The position numbers were made by a program, and so were the translations under genes. From the NCBI GenBank assembly GCA_951406725.2, contig OX597819.1, forward strand, positions 28,148,001 through 28,212,000: a stretch of 64,000 nt of DNA, read 5' to 3'. Each line of letters opens with the position of its first letter. The stretch's first letter is position 1. Below are positions 26,014 to 38,461 of this stretch, piece by piece. The notes beneath the pieces are model-generated. The model was given only the letters and a program-made list of their open reading frames with translations, did not search any database and had not been told where the DNA came from. The stretch comes from Octopus vulgaris. Taxonomy: Eukaryota.

Positions 26014-27166
26014 CTGCAGAAGGAAGAGAACATATTTATTTCATTTTAATACAGTTGAATTTAACAAGTTATAAATTGTATCTTAGAACTGTCAAAAGCC
26101 TACAGGCTCATTAGGCCAGAGTTTATCCTGGTCTGCATGGTGTATAAGTGACTGAGAGTACAATACACTCTGCTGAATGGGATGCCAGACCATCATAAGG
26201 TTAACTTCCAGCTGTTATTGGTACTCATTTTCAGCTGAGAGAATTGAAGTAATATAAAATGAAGTGTTTTACTCAAGAACACAATGGACTACTTGGTCTA
26301 GGAATCAAAATCACATCCTTACAATTGTGAATCCACCACACTAACCTTTAGGCTAAGTGCCTTCACTAATAAAAAAAAAACTATTATCATTATCATCATT
26401 CCATGCTGGCATGGGTTGGATGGTTTGACAGGAGTTGGCCATGCAGATGCCTGCACTAGACTTCTGTGTGTTTTGGTACGGTTTTTACAGCTGGTTGCCC
26501 TCCCTAACACCAATGACCCAGCAGAGTGGACAAATAAAAAAAAACTATACATGACTAAAAAATACAACCAGTCATCAGTTGCATGTGAGTATGGTTTGGT
26601 AACATGTACCATGCTTTTGTTAATTGTTTTAGGTGTTAATGTAGTCTCAAGCTAACATAGGCATTTTCTTAGGCTCTTCACCCAGCAGAACATCCAGGAT
26701 GAGATAGATGAAGGGAGGGCTACACTAGCTGGTACTCATTACAGCTGAGTAGATTGGAGTGATGTGAAAAAAAGTGCTTTGCTCAAGGACACAATGCACT
26801 GCTCAGCCCAGGAATTGAACCCATGTTGTTATGACCAGGAGGCTAAAACCCTATCCATTAGGCCATGTACCTTTACTCAGATGACTAAAATGAAATATAA
26901 ATAATACTTTTAATTTTTCTTATTGTTGAAGCCCTCTAGAATTTCCACCTGAGCTAGAGTGACTTACAGAGATTCATGCTGAATAGCAACCATGTAAATC
27001 TCACCAGTTTGGGACTGAGAACTACAAAAGAAGAGTACTGATTTATCTCTTATCCTGGTTAATCAAAACAATTTCAATTTACTTATCATGTAAAAGTGGA
27101 TTTAAATTTTCCTCTTAGAGTTCCATAAAAAAATATTAACAAAAAAAAAAAAAATTAATACTTAAC

Positions 27167-27221
27167 TGTTGAATATAGCAAGTTTGTTTTTTGTCCAAAA
27201 TCCTGCAGACAATGGCATCCA
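27167..27221 (-). CDS. ADAT3: ADAT3 coding exon 2
   Basis: TTTTTCAG acceptor and GTTAAG donor (chosen by phase), 55 nt. Encodes DAIVCRILDKKQTCYIQ, comparable to LDKRQT in vertebrate ADAT3. Confidence 0.82.
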
Positions 27222-27769
27222 CTGAAAAATGTGATTTTATTGAGTATTAAGAATGTTAACCATGTGAAAATGTAAAATTAATGTGACTCAACCATCCTTT
27301 TTAGAAAGCTCCTTCACACTCTTCATACAGTCTAGGCCTAAACCCCTCAAATGGCTTACTTAAAGTTGTGTTACAACAGTATAGAAGCTGTCACTACCTT
27401 GATCATCTGCAGGAAGTCGCCAACCAACACTAACTGGGAGCTGTGTACCCATTACTGCAGTACCTACATGACAATTATAAGAGGCACACACAAGAAAACT
27501 TTTGTACCTCCTACCTACCAACCATTCCACAACAAATATGGCTCTTTTAGCAGCATTCCTTCTAAAAGACTCCAGTTGCTCTTCCATTTACTTCCAACTA
27601 CAATGCACTTCCTATTCCACGTGTACAAAGAATCAACATGTGCAAAAACTTCTTCACTCATTTTAACTCTGGACTTATCAACCTGTTCAATGTTTATTCA
27701 AACACAAAACTCAACAATCCTCCTTAACCTTCTATATATAAATGACATCTACATCTAACCTAAACACCT

Positions 27770-28063
27770 GTGTGGAGGCACATGGCCTAATGGTTAAAGC
27801 AGCGGACTCGCGGTCGAGGGATCGCGGGTTCAAATCTCACACTGGGCGATGTGTGTGTTTATGAGCAAAACACCTAAGCTTCACGCGGCTCCGGCAGAAG
27901 ATAATGGCGAACTTCTGCTGCCTCTTTCGCCACAACTTTTTCTCGCTCTTTCCTCCTGCATCTAGCAGCTCACCTGTGATGGACCAGCGTCCCGTCCAAG
28001 TGGGGAACTTATACGCTAAGGAAACCGGCCCTTATGAGCCAGGCATGGCTCGAGAAGGAACAC
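27770..28063 (+). mobile_element. tRNA-derived SINE with 11 bp TSD
   Basis: tRNA-like head GGAGGCACATGGCCTAATGGTTAAAGC...GGTTCAAATC. TSD CCTAAACACCT at 27759 and 28064. Confidence 0.8.
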
Positions 28064-28208
28064 CCTAAACACCTCACATCATATGTACCTTTACTTGTGC
28101 CCTTCTATTAAAATAGAGAATTTGAAAGCATTCTTTAATACTGCAATAAACAAGACAAGAGGGATCTCATAACTCTGCTCATTTAACCAATCACTATATA
28201 GTGAAAAT

Positions 28209-28251
<43 letters not shown>

Positions 28252-29935
28252 GCAGGGACATAGATGTGGCTATGTGGTTAAGAAGTTGCTTCACAATCAG
28301 ATGGTTTCAGGTTTAGCCACACTACATGACAGCTTGGGTAAGTGTCTTCTACTTATAACTCGGCGTCAACCAAAGAGTAATGAGTGGATTTGGTAGACGG
28401 AAAATGAGGGATCATTGAATATGTGCGTGTTACTGCCTTCTTCTAGAAGCATTGCATGATAGTTGTAAACAACCAACAGTCATACAATCAATGTCCTTTG
28501 TATTTAATTTTTCATGAAAACTTGTTTGGACGTGGAGAAATGTTAGCTGACTTGGAAATAAGTGAGGGTTGCAAAAAATTCTGTCCGACTCATGCAAACA
28601 TGGAAAAGTGGACGTTAAAAAACGATGATGATGATACACACACTAGAGTACTGGTGGGGGGCGGTAGGGCCGGCACTTTTGGGTCTGCTGCAGGCAATGT
28701 GTTTTTTGCGGAGTCTGAGGGCGGCACACCAGCTACACTAGTGGATACATACACAACTTTAAACAGAGTGGCTGCGGCTTGAAAGTTATGAACATGCAGC
28801 GTTTTGTTAGAATAAAATCAAGATTCTATACTTAACTGGCACTTTATTTTATTAACCCTAAAAAGATGAAAGGCAAAGTGGACCTCGGCAGAATTTGAAC
28901 TCGGAACACAAACACGGATGCAATGCTGGGAAGCATTTAGGTCATGGGAGATAACTCAACTGCTATTGAAAACTTTTACTCAAATCCCTATCTAGAAAAT
29001 CATATTCAGGACAGCTTTAGAATCTATTTGTGATTACTGGGTTGTTTGAAGGTCGGACTAAATACTTTACTGTATTTAGCAACATTGCTATTCAATCTGA
29101 GTCTAAATACCGTGGAGGAGAAATAAGAATGTGTGTACCAGTTAAGAATTCATGTCGTTACTACGCTGGAGTAAATACCTCCCAGCATTGAGTCTGTGTT
29201 TGTGTTCTGAGTTTGTGTTCTGCTGAGGTCCACTTTGCCTTTCATTCTTTCAGGGTTGATAAAATAAGTGCCAGTTAAGCACTCGGGATTCCACCAGTAT
29301 ATGAAGTTTCAAACTCTTTAGTTAAAAAAAAAATTTAATCTGTGAGCCAAATTGAACAGATCCATTAATCCTAATAAAGCGGTGAGCTGGCAGAATAGTT
29401 AACATGCCTTGCAAAAAAAAAAAAAAAATACTTAGTGGCATTTCGTCCGTCTTTACGTTCTGAGTTCACTTTGCTTTTCATCCTTTCAGAGTCAATAAAA
29501 ATAAGTACCAGTCGAAATTGCTGGTCTTGTGTCAAAAATTGAAACCAATATAATCAATCCTAATATTCCACTACCCTGAAAACATGAGGTTTTATGTCTA
29601 TGACAGAAATAGTATCATTTAGAGGTAGAGACGGACGTATAGTGATCTTGACCTATGTAAACTTTGAGGATGGAAGCAATTAAATAAGTATTAATGCAGG
29701 GAAGACTGAGAAGTATTGCCAAATAAGTAGACAGCTTTTGTGGATAAGACTGTGGTCTAACTGCATGTTGATCATGAAATGGGGGGTTAGTAATGATGCA
29801 CGATTTTTTAAAACTTTATTTTAGTCATTTTACTTAATATTCTTATGCAATCTTAGATAACAGTCATGCTGAACCATGTTTAACTAATGATACAGACTAA
29901 CTGATTTAATGTCTGTGATGAACAATTAATCAGGT

Positions 29936-30370
29936 GAAATTCTGCTTTAAGCACTCCATATAACCCTCATAATGGTTTTTAGGTTTTTGGAATTTTCAGA
30001 AAAATTTTGCGAATTTGTGATCTACACACAGGAATTCATACGATTATGCCAAAACAAAGCAAAATAAAATTGTGTGATTTAAGGGCTATGTAGGTGTTAT
30101 TTTAAGCACATCTCACGACCACCTGACAACCTCATTTGTTTTTCCATATCTTTCTCCTCATAAACATATTTAATAGTCTATTCCTGGGATTTAAGTTAAA
30201 AATTCGGACTGTCTGTATATTAAACACTGATTTAAAAAAACAAAATTAATTTGAAAGATAAAAAAAAAAAGACTTGTTTCATAGCCGTGCGAATTCTCAT
30301 GTGTGGAATACAAATTAACAAACATTTTCTGAAAATTCCTCAAAATATGAGGTGCTTAACACAGAATTCC
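29936..30370. mobile_element. Old MITE with long imperfect terminal inverted repeats
   Basis: GAAATTCTGCTTTAAGCACTCCATA...GGAATTTTCAGAAAA is mirrored by TTTTCTGAAAATTCC...TATGAGGTGCTTAACACAGAATTCC. Confidence 0.65.
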
Positions 30371-30779
30371 GCACAGAGAGGCTTTACGTTTTTAAATTTC
30401 GGAATTGTGCTTGTCTAATAAATAATATGAGCGGAGACGGGTGTCGAAACTAAAGGAATTACAACGTGAAAGATACACATCAGCCATTCAAAAACACAAA
30501 AACTATGCAACTGTGAAAGTGTGTCAGTGACGAGGTCACAGATCGTGTGAGGAAATTTTGACACCAACTAATAAGTGATTAAGTGAAGTTAACAGTTTTA
30601 TTGTAGGTGAACAACTATTACGTCTTCCACATTGTAATTAGTACTTTTTCCCCCTAATTTTGAGACAATTACTTCAGGTAATTATTTAAAAAATAGAAAA
30701 AAATATTTCAAAAGTCGGTGTCAGTAAAAATTAATCGATATAAAATTTGACAAGTCCAGTTCTTATGAAGAAGCTAACG

Positions 30780-33110
30780 CTTCGGGTTCAAACTCTTCAA
30801 CTGAGAGAAAGAGAGTATTTCTTTATTCACCATAAGGTTGAGAAAAAGAGGGGACAATACAGGGACAGACAAAAACGTTGGGGTCAGGGTATCAAATGAG
30901 ACGAAACGTATGAATAAACAAACAATTAAAATATATGCAATTAAATGAGAATGAGTGATTAACAAAAAATGAAGCAGAGGACACGGTTGACCCCACAAAC
31001 CACACACTCACACTGAAGACTTTGCTTTCTTTTTTATATTCTCATTTAAACAGGTTCTTTCACTCGCAACATACTTGCTATATACTTCCATCTTTTACGA
31101 AACTCACTTTGCGACAGGCATTTCTTCTCCAGCCTTATTTTCTGTTTCATGTGGAAAACGAAAAAGTCGATTAGCTCAAGACTGGAGATAAACATGCCTG
31201 TTGCAATTCCTTTCACTCTCGTCTTCCATACTACTTCTTTCGCCATAGCAACTACCGAGAGAAAACAGGCTTGCTCCTCCCTATTCAGGGAGGTCGGCGG
31301 AACGATCTTAATTACAGATTCGCTCAACACTTGTACTCTTCTCGAATGCGACAGCAGGTGTTCAACATAAGCCCAGAGTTCAGTCACCTTGGGGAATTGC
31401 ACAATCGTGTGCAGGACAGTTTCACTGTCCCTCTCGCATCTTACACAAACCGGCAAAGGTGCACACCCATGTCTAAAGAGCTTATCTCGAACTGGTAAAG
31501 CTCCTCTGTAACATTGCCAGGCCAAGGACTTTTGGTAATTATCCATAGGCCCCGGACCGAATGTTCTTTGGAACAGGCTGGCCAGTTGATCTTCGTTGAA
31601 GCCTAGAGTTTCTCCCAGAACGTCGTTACACTTAAACTCTACTAACCCTCTATAGAAGAACGAAGTAGTACCCCTGCCACCGACGTTGCCCGATGGCACT
31701 CTACATGCCACACGCCCAACCTCGGTCTACACTTGATCCATGAGTTCAGTTTGGTAAATGATGTGAACTGTGGAAATAACAACTTGACGAATGAAGACCA
31801 TACCTGCTCACCGTCCAGGTAAAGCCAGAGGTGCCTAAGCCTGAGCACATGTCTGTGCATTTTTAGCCAGGACATCCCTAACCCACCCTTCGGCGGCTTT
31901 TGGCAGCAGATAGAGCACCTTACAAGAGGTCTGCTGTCCCTCCACAAAAAGTGAAAGAGCATGCGTTCCAGCTTGTTCGGCCACGAATCGGGGCAAGGCA
32001 CGACGGTCAGGCGGTAAGTTATTACAGAGGCAATAAAGACCTCTGCAACCTCCGCCCTCCCTTTCAAGGACAGCTTCCGCTCAGACCATGTCTGAGTTAG
32101 GAGAACCTCCTTTCTCACTACCTCGCTCCAATTCTTCTCTATCTGGAGATCTGGACCTAACCAGATTCCAAGCATTTTCACTGGCCCTTCCGTCCAATGT
32201 CCTACGACGCTGTCGGAAGACATCGACTTGCCCCTCCAGGTGCCGAGTTGCAAGCCGACCGATTTATCCCGGTTGACTTTCGCTCTTGCCACCGCTTCGT
32301 AATCCCTTAAGGCCTCACCCACTGTAGGTGCTTGACCTGGGATACGATGACGGTGATGTCATCGCACCTCTACAGTGCCGAAGCGACTACCCCTCGTTAT
32401 GTAGCTTGTTTGTTGCCATATCGGCCTCGAGCATTTTTCGATCGCTTCCCTCGGTACAAAGTCGATTTTTTTATTTTTGATATTATATGTCTTGTATATG
32501 ACAGTTTTTCTCTCCGTCGCGTAAATTAATACACTGGGAGGGATCAACTTCACATTACCACCTTCTTTTTTTAGTAAACTTTGGTATTTCTTTAATTCTT
32601 CTTTGTTAATAACTATGTTTTCACAGGGGCGAGTTGCTGCACTCACAAAATTTATTTTTGACTTTCCCTGCCTCGCTAGACATCTTGTCGTCTGCTTTTG
32701 TAACAAGCGCGTGAGACGCCTCTTTACTTTTACCTTCCTCTTCCCACATTTTCGCCTTCACGCCTTCAAACAAATTTTCAAAGTTTTCCTCCGACTCGGA
32801 AGAAATTGGTGGCAAATTCATGTTTTTCGTCGCTTCCTCCTTGTTTCAAGGGGGAAAGAACAGCAAAACTCTGCTGCAACAGCAGAAAAGAAGTGGTCTC
32901 GACGACTAAAACAGCAAATTTTCACAATTTTCAGCACAAAAACAATCTTTCACTGCGGAGCAAAGAATAACACGACCGATAAGAAAGAAAGAAAGAGAGA
33001 GAGAGAGACAGAAAGAGAGGGAGAGAGAGAGAGAGATTATTGTAGTCACGTATTTTGTCAGTGATTTATCTCCCTTACATCGAGTTTCTGTCTTGTCCTG
33101 GAACACACTG
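30780..33110 (-). mobile_element. Internally deleted L1/Tx1-clade LINE (ORF1 5' part plus ORF2 3' part) in ADAT3 intron 1
   Basis: ORFs 31642-32322 (WSERKLSLKGRAEV, KGGLGM) and 31046-31711 (zf-RVT-like CVRCERDSETVLH). Putative ORF1 pieces lie at 32359-32821. The ends are approximate. Confidence 0.85.
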
Positions 33111-34634
33111 AATAAGCAGAATAAAAGATGCTTCAGCTATGATATGATATTTTGGCCGCTTTGAGAGATATCTGGCTGATATTTTAATAGATCGAGCGAT
33201 CACGTAGTGGTACCATTGCTGACTCGTCATTAGTTGTCAATGTTAATGGGGGCTGGGGTGAAAATTCCGAGGGTTCCACCCCACCCCGTTTTCCGGGCCC
33301 CAAAAAGGGTTTTGTAGCATATTAGGAAGTCACCAGAATTCATTCAAAAGAAAAAAAAATTCAATGATTCCGGGATATGGGTAGGGGTCTCCTCTTTATT
33401 CGAACAAAAATAAGGGTTTTCAGCATACTTAGGAGGTCAGGGTACTTGATTCCACGCGAAAAATCCGAGTTTAAAACATTTTTTTTATCTTAGTGAAAAT
33501 CGTGCGGGTGAAAGGATCAAATAATATCGAAATGGGTAGTTATGTTTTCCAGTAAATGTGATTTTCATCTTGAGTATTCTTTCGATATGACTCAACCACG
33601 CACGCACACACACACTCACAGAGGAAGAAGCACGCACGCACGCACAACCCATTAGCTTTCTTCTCCCCCCATTTCGTCAACTGACAGTTGACAAGACACA
33701 TACACGTGCCTTTCACAGAAACAGCCGAATTGAAGTGTTTTGATTTTGTCGAGTCATATGGAAGGAATACCCATTGGGTATATGAAATAACGGGACGTCA
33801 CTGTCGTTACACCCGGTTTCTATCGCAATTTCTATTCATTTTTAGGACAATTTGCTTTCACATTTTCACGACTGTAAACCGTGTGTTGACCTTATGATGT
33901 ACAACACATCGCCTCCAACTGAGTTTATAAGTACCTCGTAGATATTTATTCAGGCGGTGAGCTAGTAGAATCGTTAGCATGTCGGACAAAGTGCTTAGCA
34001 GGATTTCTTCTGGCTCTTTATGTTCTGAGTTCAAATACCGCTGAGGCCAACTTTGCTATTCATCTCTTTGGAGTCGATAAATTAAAATAAATACCTATCA
34101 AGTACTGGGGTCATTGTAATTGACTTGCCTCTTGAACCCTGCAGTGGACCGGGAAAATGTTATTATCTCAGTTACATATACAACGTGGAAATCGGGTAAG
34201 GGGCCTCATTAGTCCTAGAGCTTATTTACGTTGTGAAAGAGAGGACCTGAATTTAAACACGTGGTTTATGGCTAATGTCAAATCGCATCACTTCATAAAT
34301 AACAAAGACTGGGGCGTAACTTAGGTGTAAGTACCGGATACATTTCAAGAAAGTGTTGTTTTTTTTTATATATGGGGGGTTAGGGTTTGTGTTAGGGTTA
34401 GGGATGTTATCTTCAGAAATGTAAACAAAGTCACGTTTGTACTTATACCGAAGGATCGCCAAGACTGGATATAAGGATGTTTCATAGTCGATTGATGTGT
34501 TCTAATACGAAGTCTACTGCAAAACAACCTGTATTACTACGGGTAAATATTATACAGGAAATCTGGATCGCTCCAAAGGAATTAATTTTCTTTCAATAAC
34601 ATTATCAAAATATTTAACAGTAAACGTCACTCAC

Positions 34635-34686
34635 CAACGTCAACGAATTTATAGTAAACGTCATCCAGTACTGCTTCAATTAACAT
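34635..34686 (-). CDS. ADAT3: ADAT3 first coding exon (probable)
   Basis: CAAA-ATG after an in-frame upstream stop. Encodes MLIEAVLDDVYYKFVDV with a consensus GTGAGT donor; phase 1 joins exon 2 (G+TG=Val). A further upstream exon cannot be excluded. Confidence 0.75.
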
Positions 34687-34983
34687 TTTGATTTCATCTA
34701 TTTTTTGCGATTTCAAAGACTCATTCCAAATATGGTGTATTTTTAAAATACTTTATAGAAAATATGAATATTTACAGTGGTATTGTATTTACACCGGCAT
34801 GTGCGAACCGTTTTTGTAGGCAAACGTTTAGAGTAACCTCCCTTAGATTTCAACTCTCTAGGGTGCTATATTTACTGTTCCGAGTCAGCCTTGTCTGTTG
34901 TCTACTGTTATACATTAATATAATTCCATTAACACCAGAAATGTATTACAATAATATTAAATAGACTATATATTGATTAATTG

Positions 34984-35392
34984 GGCGATCTTTCGTCTCT
35001 AGTAGACCTTTCCGTCGATTTCCGTTAAAAAAAATTTTTTTTTACATATGGGCTTGCGGGAACTCTTGAAGTAATATACATACATATACACATACACCGA
35101 GTAAAAAATTTCAGTTATCTCTTTCTTTCACACACGCACTAACAGAAGCACTTCACTTACACAACATACTGTCTGTCTCCCACACCCCATCAAACACACA
35201 CACACACACGCACACACACATGTCCATCAATGCTCCCATGCACGGTAACTTCAAAAGAACTTCCCTTGTCATACAATCGCTTTCTCTTAGTCTCTTTCGC
35301 TCATTACTTCAAAAGTTCCCGCAAGCCCATATGTAAAAAAAAATTTTTTTACGGAAATCGACGGAAAGGTCTACTAGAGACGAAAGATTGCC
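34984..35392. mobile_element. MITE with ~90 bp TIRs and 8 bp TSD (Merlin-like)
   Basis: TIR GGCGATCTTTCGTCTCTAGTAGACC... / ...GGTCTACTAGAGACGAAAGATTGCC. Perfect TSD ATTAATTG at 34976-34983 and 35393-35400. The superfamily is inferred from GG termini plus an 8 bp TSD. Confidence 0.88.
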
Positions 35393-36914
35393 ATTAATTG
35401 TTAATTCTTCGACATTGGTACGCGACGTCATTCACCCACTCATCATTCTCTCATGACAGATAAAGAGGCTAGACTGAAGTAGAGAGGATGAATGACATCG
35501 TCTCCTCACACCGGCGATCTCTTGATCAATACCGAAGGAATGCCGATTGTTTTATCGACCCCCTCCTCCGAAGGTTGAAATGCAAAATTGACTTCGGCCA
35601 GATTTGACCACAGAATGTAAAATGTAATGCTAAATATCTTTTTTCCGACGCTTTAACACTACCTAAATGTCCCCCTGCTGCTATTTATATCCGCCAACGT
35701 ATAATGGAATCTCAAGTTATCGGTGTTAGAAAACACCTACATTACGAAGATTTAATTATCGATTTCAGTTAGATTTTTCTGTCAGCTAGAAAACTAAAAA
35801 ATGGTAGGCGGGTAAAAGACGACGCTCAAAGGAGGGGATAAAGCTCACTTCAAATCTATATTTCTGTGTCCATTTTTCTTTTTATAAGTACTCCTTCTGT
35901 TCCATTAATGGAAAAACCTAATCACAGAATTGTAATGTAAGTGGTAGAGTATACTATAAACAGTTGTACCATTAACACAATCCTCAAGCCAGAGTGAGCG
36001 TGACAAGGCTGAACTCCTTTGAATTACATTTGCAGTCTGATGAGTTTTCATTCAGTTTCTGCCTACCCATTGTCATTCACCATGTTTGGGTCGACCCTAG
36101 ACTGAGAAAAGACTTGTGACCAAGATGTCATGCAGTGGGATCGAACTCGGTACCTCATGTTTTGTGAAAATAACGTCTCAAGCATAAACCATTTTTTCCC
36201 CTCTCATTCACAATCAGTAATGATTACGTTTTAGTAAGTTTCTCACCACGCCTGAAAGGTTCGTTTTTGGATGGTTTCGATCTTCACCAAAATAATTCCG
36301 CTTTTTTGCACTTTTGAAACTAAACAGAAATGATTGGAGCTTGAAAATAATTTTAGAGTAAGATATACTAAAGATGAAAGAGGTTCTCAAGTAGTGAAGT
36401 ATTCGACTGAATATTGTTTCAAGTTGGTGTACAATTCAGTATTCAAAAAGATACTTTTGTAAAATGTGAACATTGTGTTGGGAATCTCATTGAAAGCCAA
36501 TACAACTCAACTGAAAATAAAGTCTGCTACAAGTGCTCAACAAAGAATTACAAGGTTGTATGTGTAACATTAAAATGGCATTTTAGAGTGGGGTCTGAAG
36601 TTGTGTAAAAACAAAAATAGTGGGGTAAGTTGCTTGATATTTACCATTGTTGAAGATTTGGCTGCTACTTCTAACAGATCGAGCTACCTTCGAGACTATC
36701 TGCCTATAATACTATCATAGGTAGGCATAAAGCAAAATAAATAACTGTAAAAAGGCAGAATTGTTGGGTGCTAAATTAAAATTGAACCTGTCCGATGTGG
36801 TGTGAAACTGGGTGGTGCAAGTGAAGAAACAATATTAATAACTAATTTTGTTCTGTTTTTTATCACGAGTACAAAAGACAACTCCATACATTTTGACCAT
36901 CCTCAACAAAATAT

Positions 36915-37616
36915 GGTGCACGTAAAAAGCACCATCCAAGCGTGATCGTTACCTGTGTCGCCTTACTGGCACTTATGTTGGTGGCACGTGAAAAAACATT
37001 CGAGTAAGGTCATTGCCAGTGCCGCTTTTGTCTTTTTATAAGTATTTATGTGCAGGTGGCACATAAAAAGCACCATTTGAGCATGGCCGTTGCCAGTACC
37101 ACCTGACTGACCCTCTTGCTAGTGGCATGTAAAAACACCCACTACACTCTCAGAGTGGTTGGCATTAGGAAGGGCATCCAGCTGTAGAAACTCTGCCAGA
37201 TCAGATTGGAGTCTGGTGCAGCCATCTGATTCGCCAGATCTCAGTCAAATCGTCCAAACCATGCTAGTGTGGAAAGCAGACGTTAAACGATGATGATGAT
37301 GACATATGTATATATATATATGTGCCGGTGGCATGTAAAAAACACCATCCGATCGTGGCTGTTGCCAGCCTCGCCTGGCCTCCGTGCCGGTGGCACGTGA
37401 AAAGCACCATCCGATCGCGGCCGTTTGCCAGCCTCGTCTGGCACATAAAAAGCATCCACTACACTCACGGAGTGGTTGGCATTAGAAAGGGCATCCAGCC
37501 ATAGAAACATTGCCAGATCAGACTGGGCCTGGTGCAGCCTTCTGGCTTCCCAGACCCCAGTTGAACCATCCAACCCATGCTAGCATGGAAAGCAGACGCT
37601 AACCGATGATGATGAT
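36915..37616 (+). mobile_element. Two RTE 3'-UTR-like repeats with internal subrepeats and (GAT)n tails
   Basis: Recurrent GGTGGCACGTAAAAAGCACC units, GAAGGGCATCCAGCTGTAGAAA core and GATGATGAT tails. Relatives at about 39578 (-), 57770 (-) and 60575 (+). Confidence 0.65.
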
Positions 37617-37740
37617 ATGTATGTATATATATGTATATATACATATATATGTATATATACATATATATGTATATATACATATATGTATATATACATATAT
37701 ATAAACATATATATTCATACATATACATGTTCACATACGT

Positions 37741-38368
37741 ATTATGGCTGCCCCCTCGTTATCGAGTATGGCCATTGCACGAAGCTTAACTGTTACTGGT
37801 GCTGTGATCGAATGTGACTTTTTAGCCCAGCTAAAGATCTACAATGTCTTGTACAAAATTGGCAACTAAAACCTTTACCGGTAATAGCCAGCTGTAGTTG
37901 TAACTGGGCTTCATGTACCTTTGCATGTCATTTAAGTCCTCCTGCTGAATTACACTCTCTTCCACATGCCCGACAGATATGATTAGTATGGTGTGTTACA
38001 CCACCACCAGTGACCAGGTTGTCACTCATCTGTCTCGCTTTATGACTACAAAGATGACTCTTTAGTCCAGCTTTACTGAGGCAGGGTCTTGCACAGACAC
38101 TGCATGTCAGCATCATAGGAAGACCCTCCTCATCTGGAAGTATAACAGTGATGCCCTTCCTGACATCCCTCCTTACTTTCTCATGTGCAACTCGAGATTT
38201 CTCAAAAGTGGCTGTCCCCTTGTGCACAATCCTTCTCCACCTGCTATGATCAATAGCTATGCCTTCCCATGTGTCAGGAGAGATGCAAGCATCTCTTAAG
38301 GAAGCCTTCAGCAAGTCCTTATACCTCTTTTTTGGTTTATGTGGAGGTCGTTCTCCTTTAGCTAACTG
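37741..38368 (-). mobile_element. RTE-BovB-like LINE 3' end with three C2H2 zinc fingers
   Basis: QLAKGERPPHKPKKRYKD...TWEGIAIDHSRWRR followed by CSVC..H..H, CRAC..(stop)H..H and CQFC..H..H. Confidence 0.8.
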
Positions 38369-38395
38369 TACATATACATATATATATACAGATAT

Positions 38396-38426
<31 letters not shown>

Positions 38427-38461
38427 CATCTATATAGACATATACATGTATATATACACAT

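Noticed and set aside
27774-27850. tRNA gene (also at about 43985-44055 and 63420-63492)
   Set aside because: The tRNA-like heads continue into SINE bodies, one has a TSD, and no proper acceptor stem is seen.
36915-37470. CRISPR-like repeat-spacer array
   Set aside because: The repeats are degenerate, the intervening sequences are related to each other, there are no cas genes, and the region is part of a dispersed retroposon.
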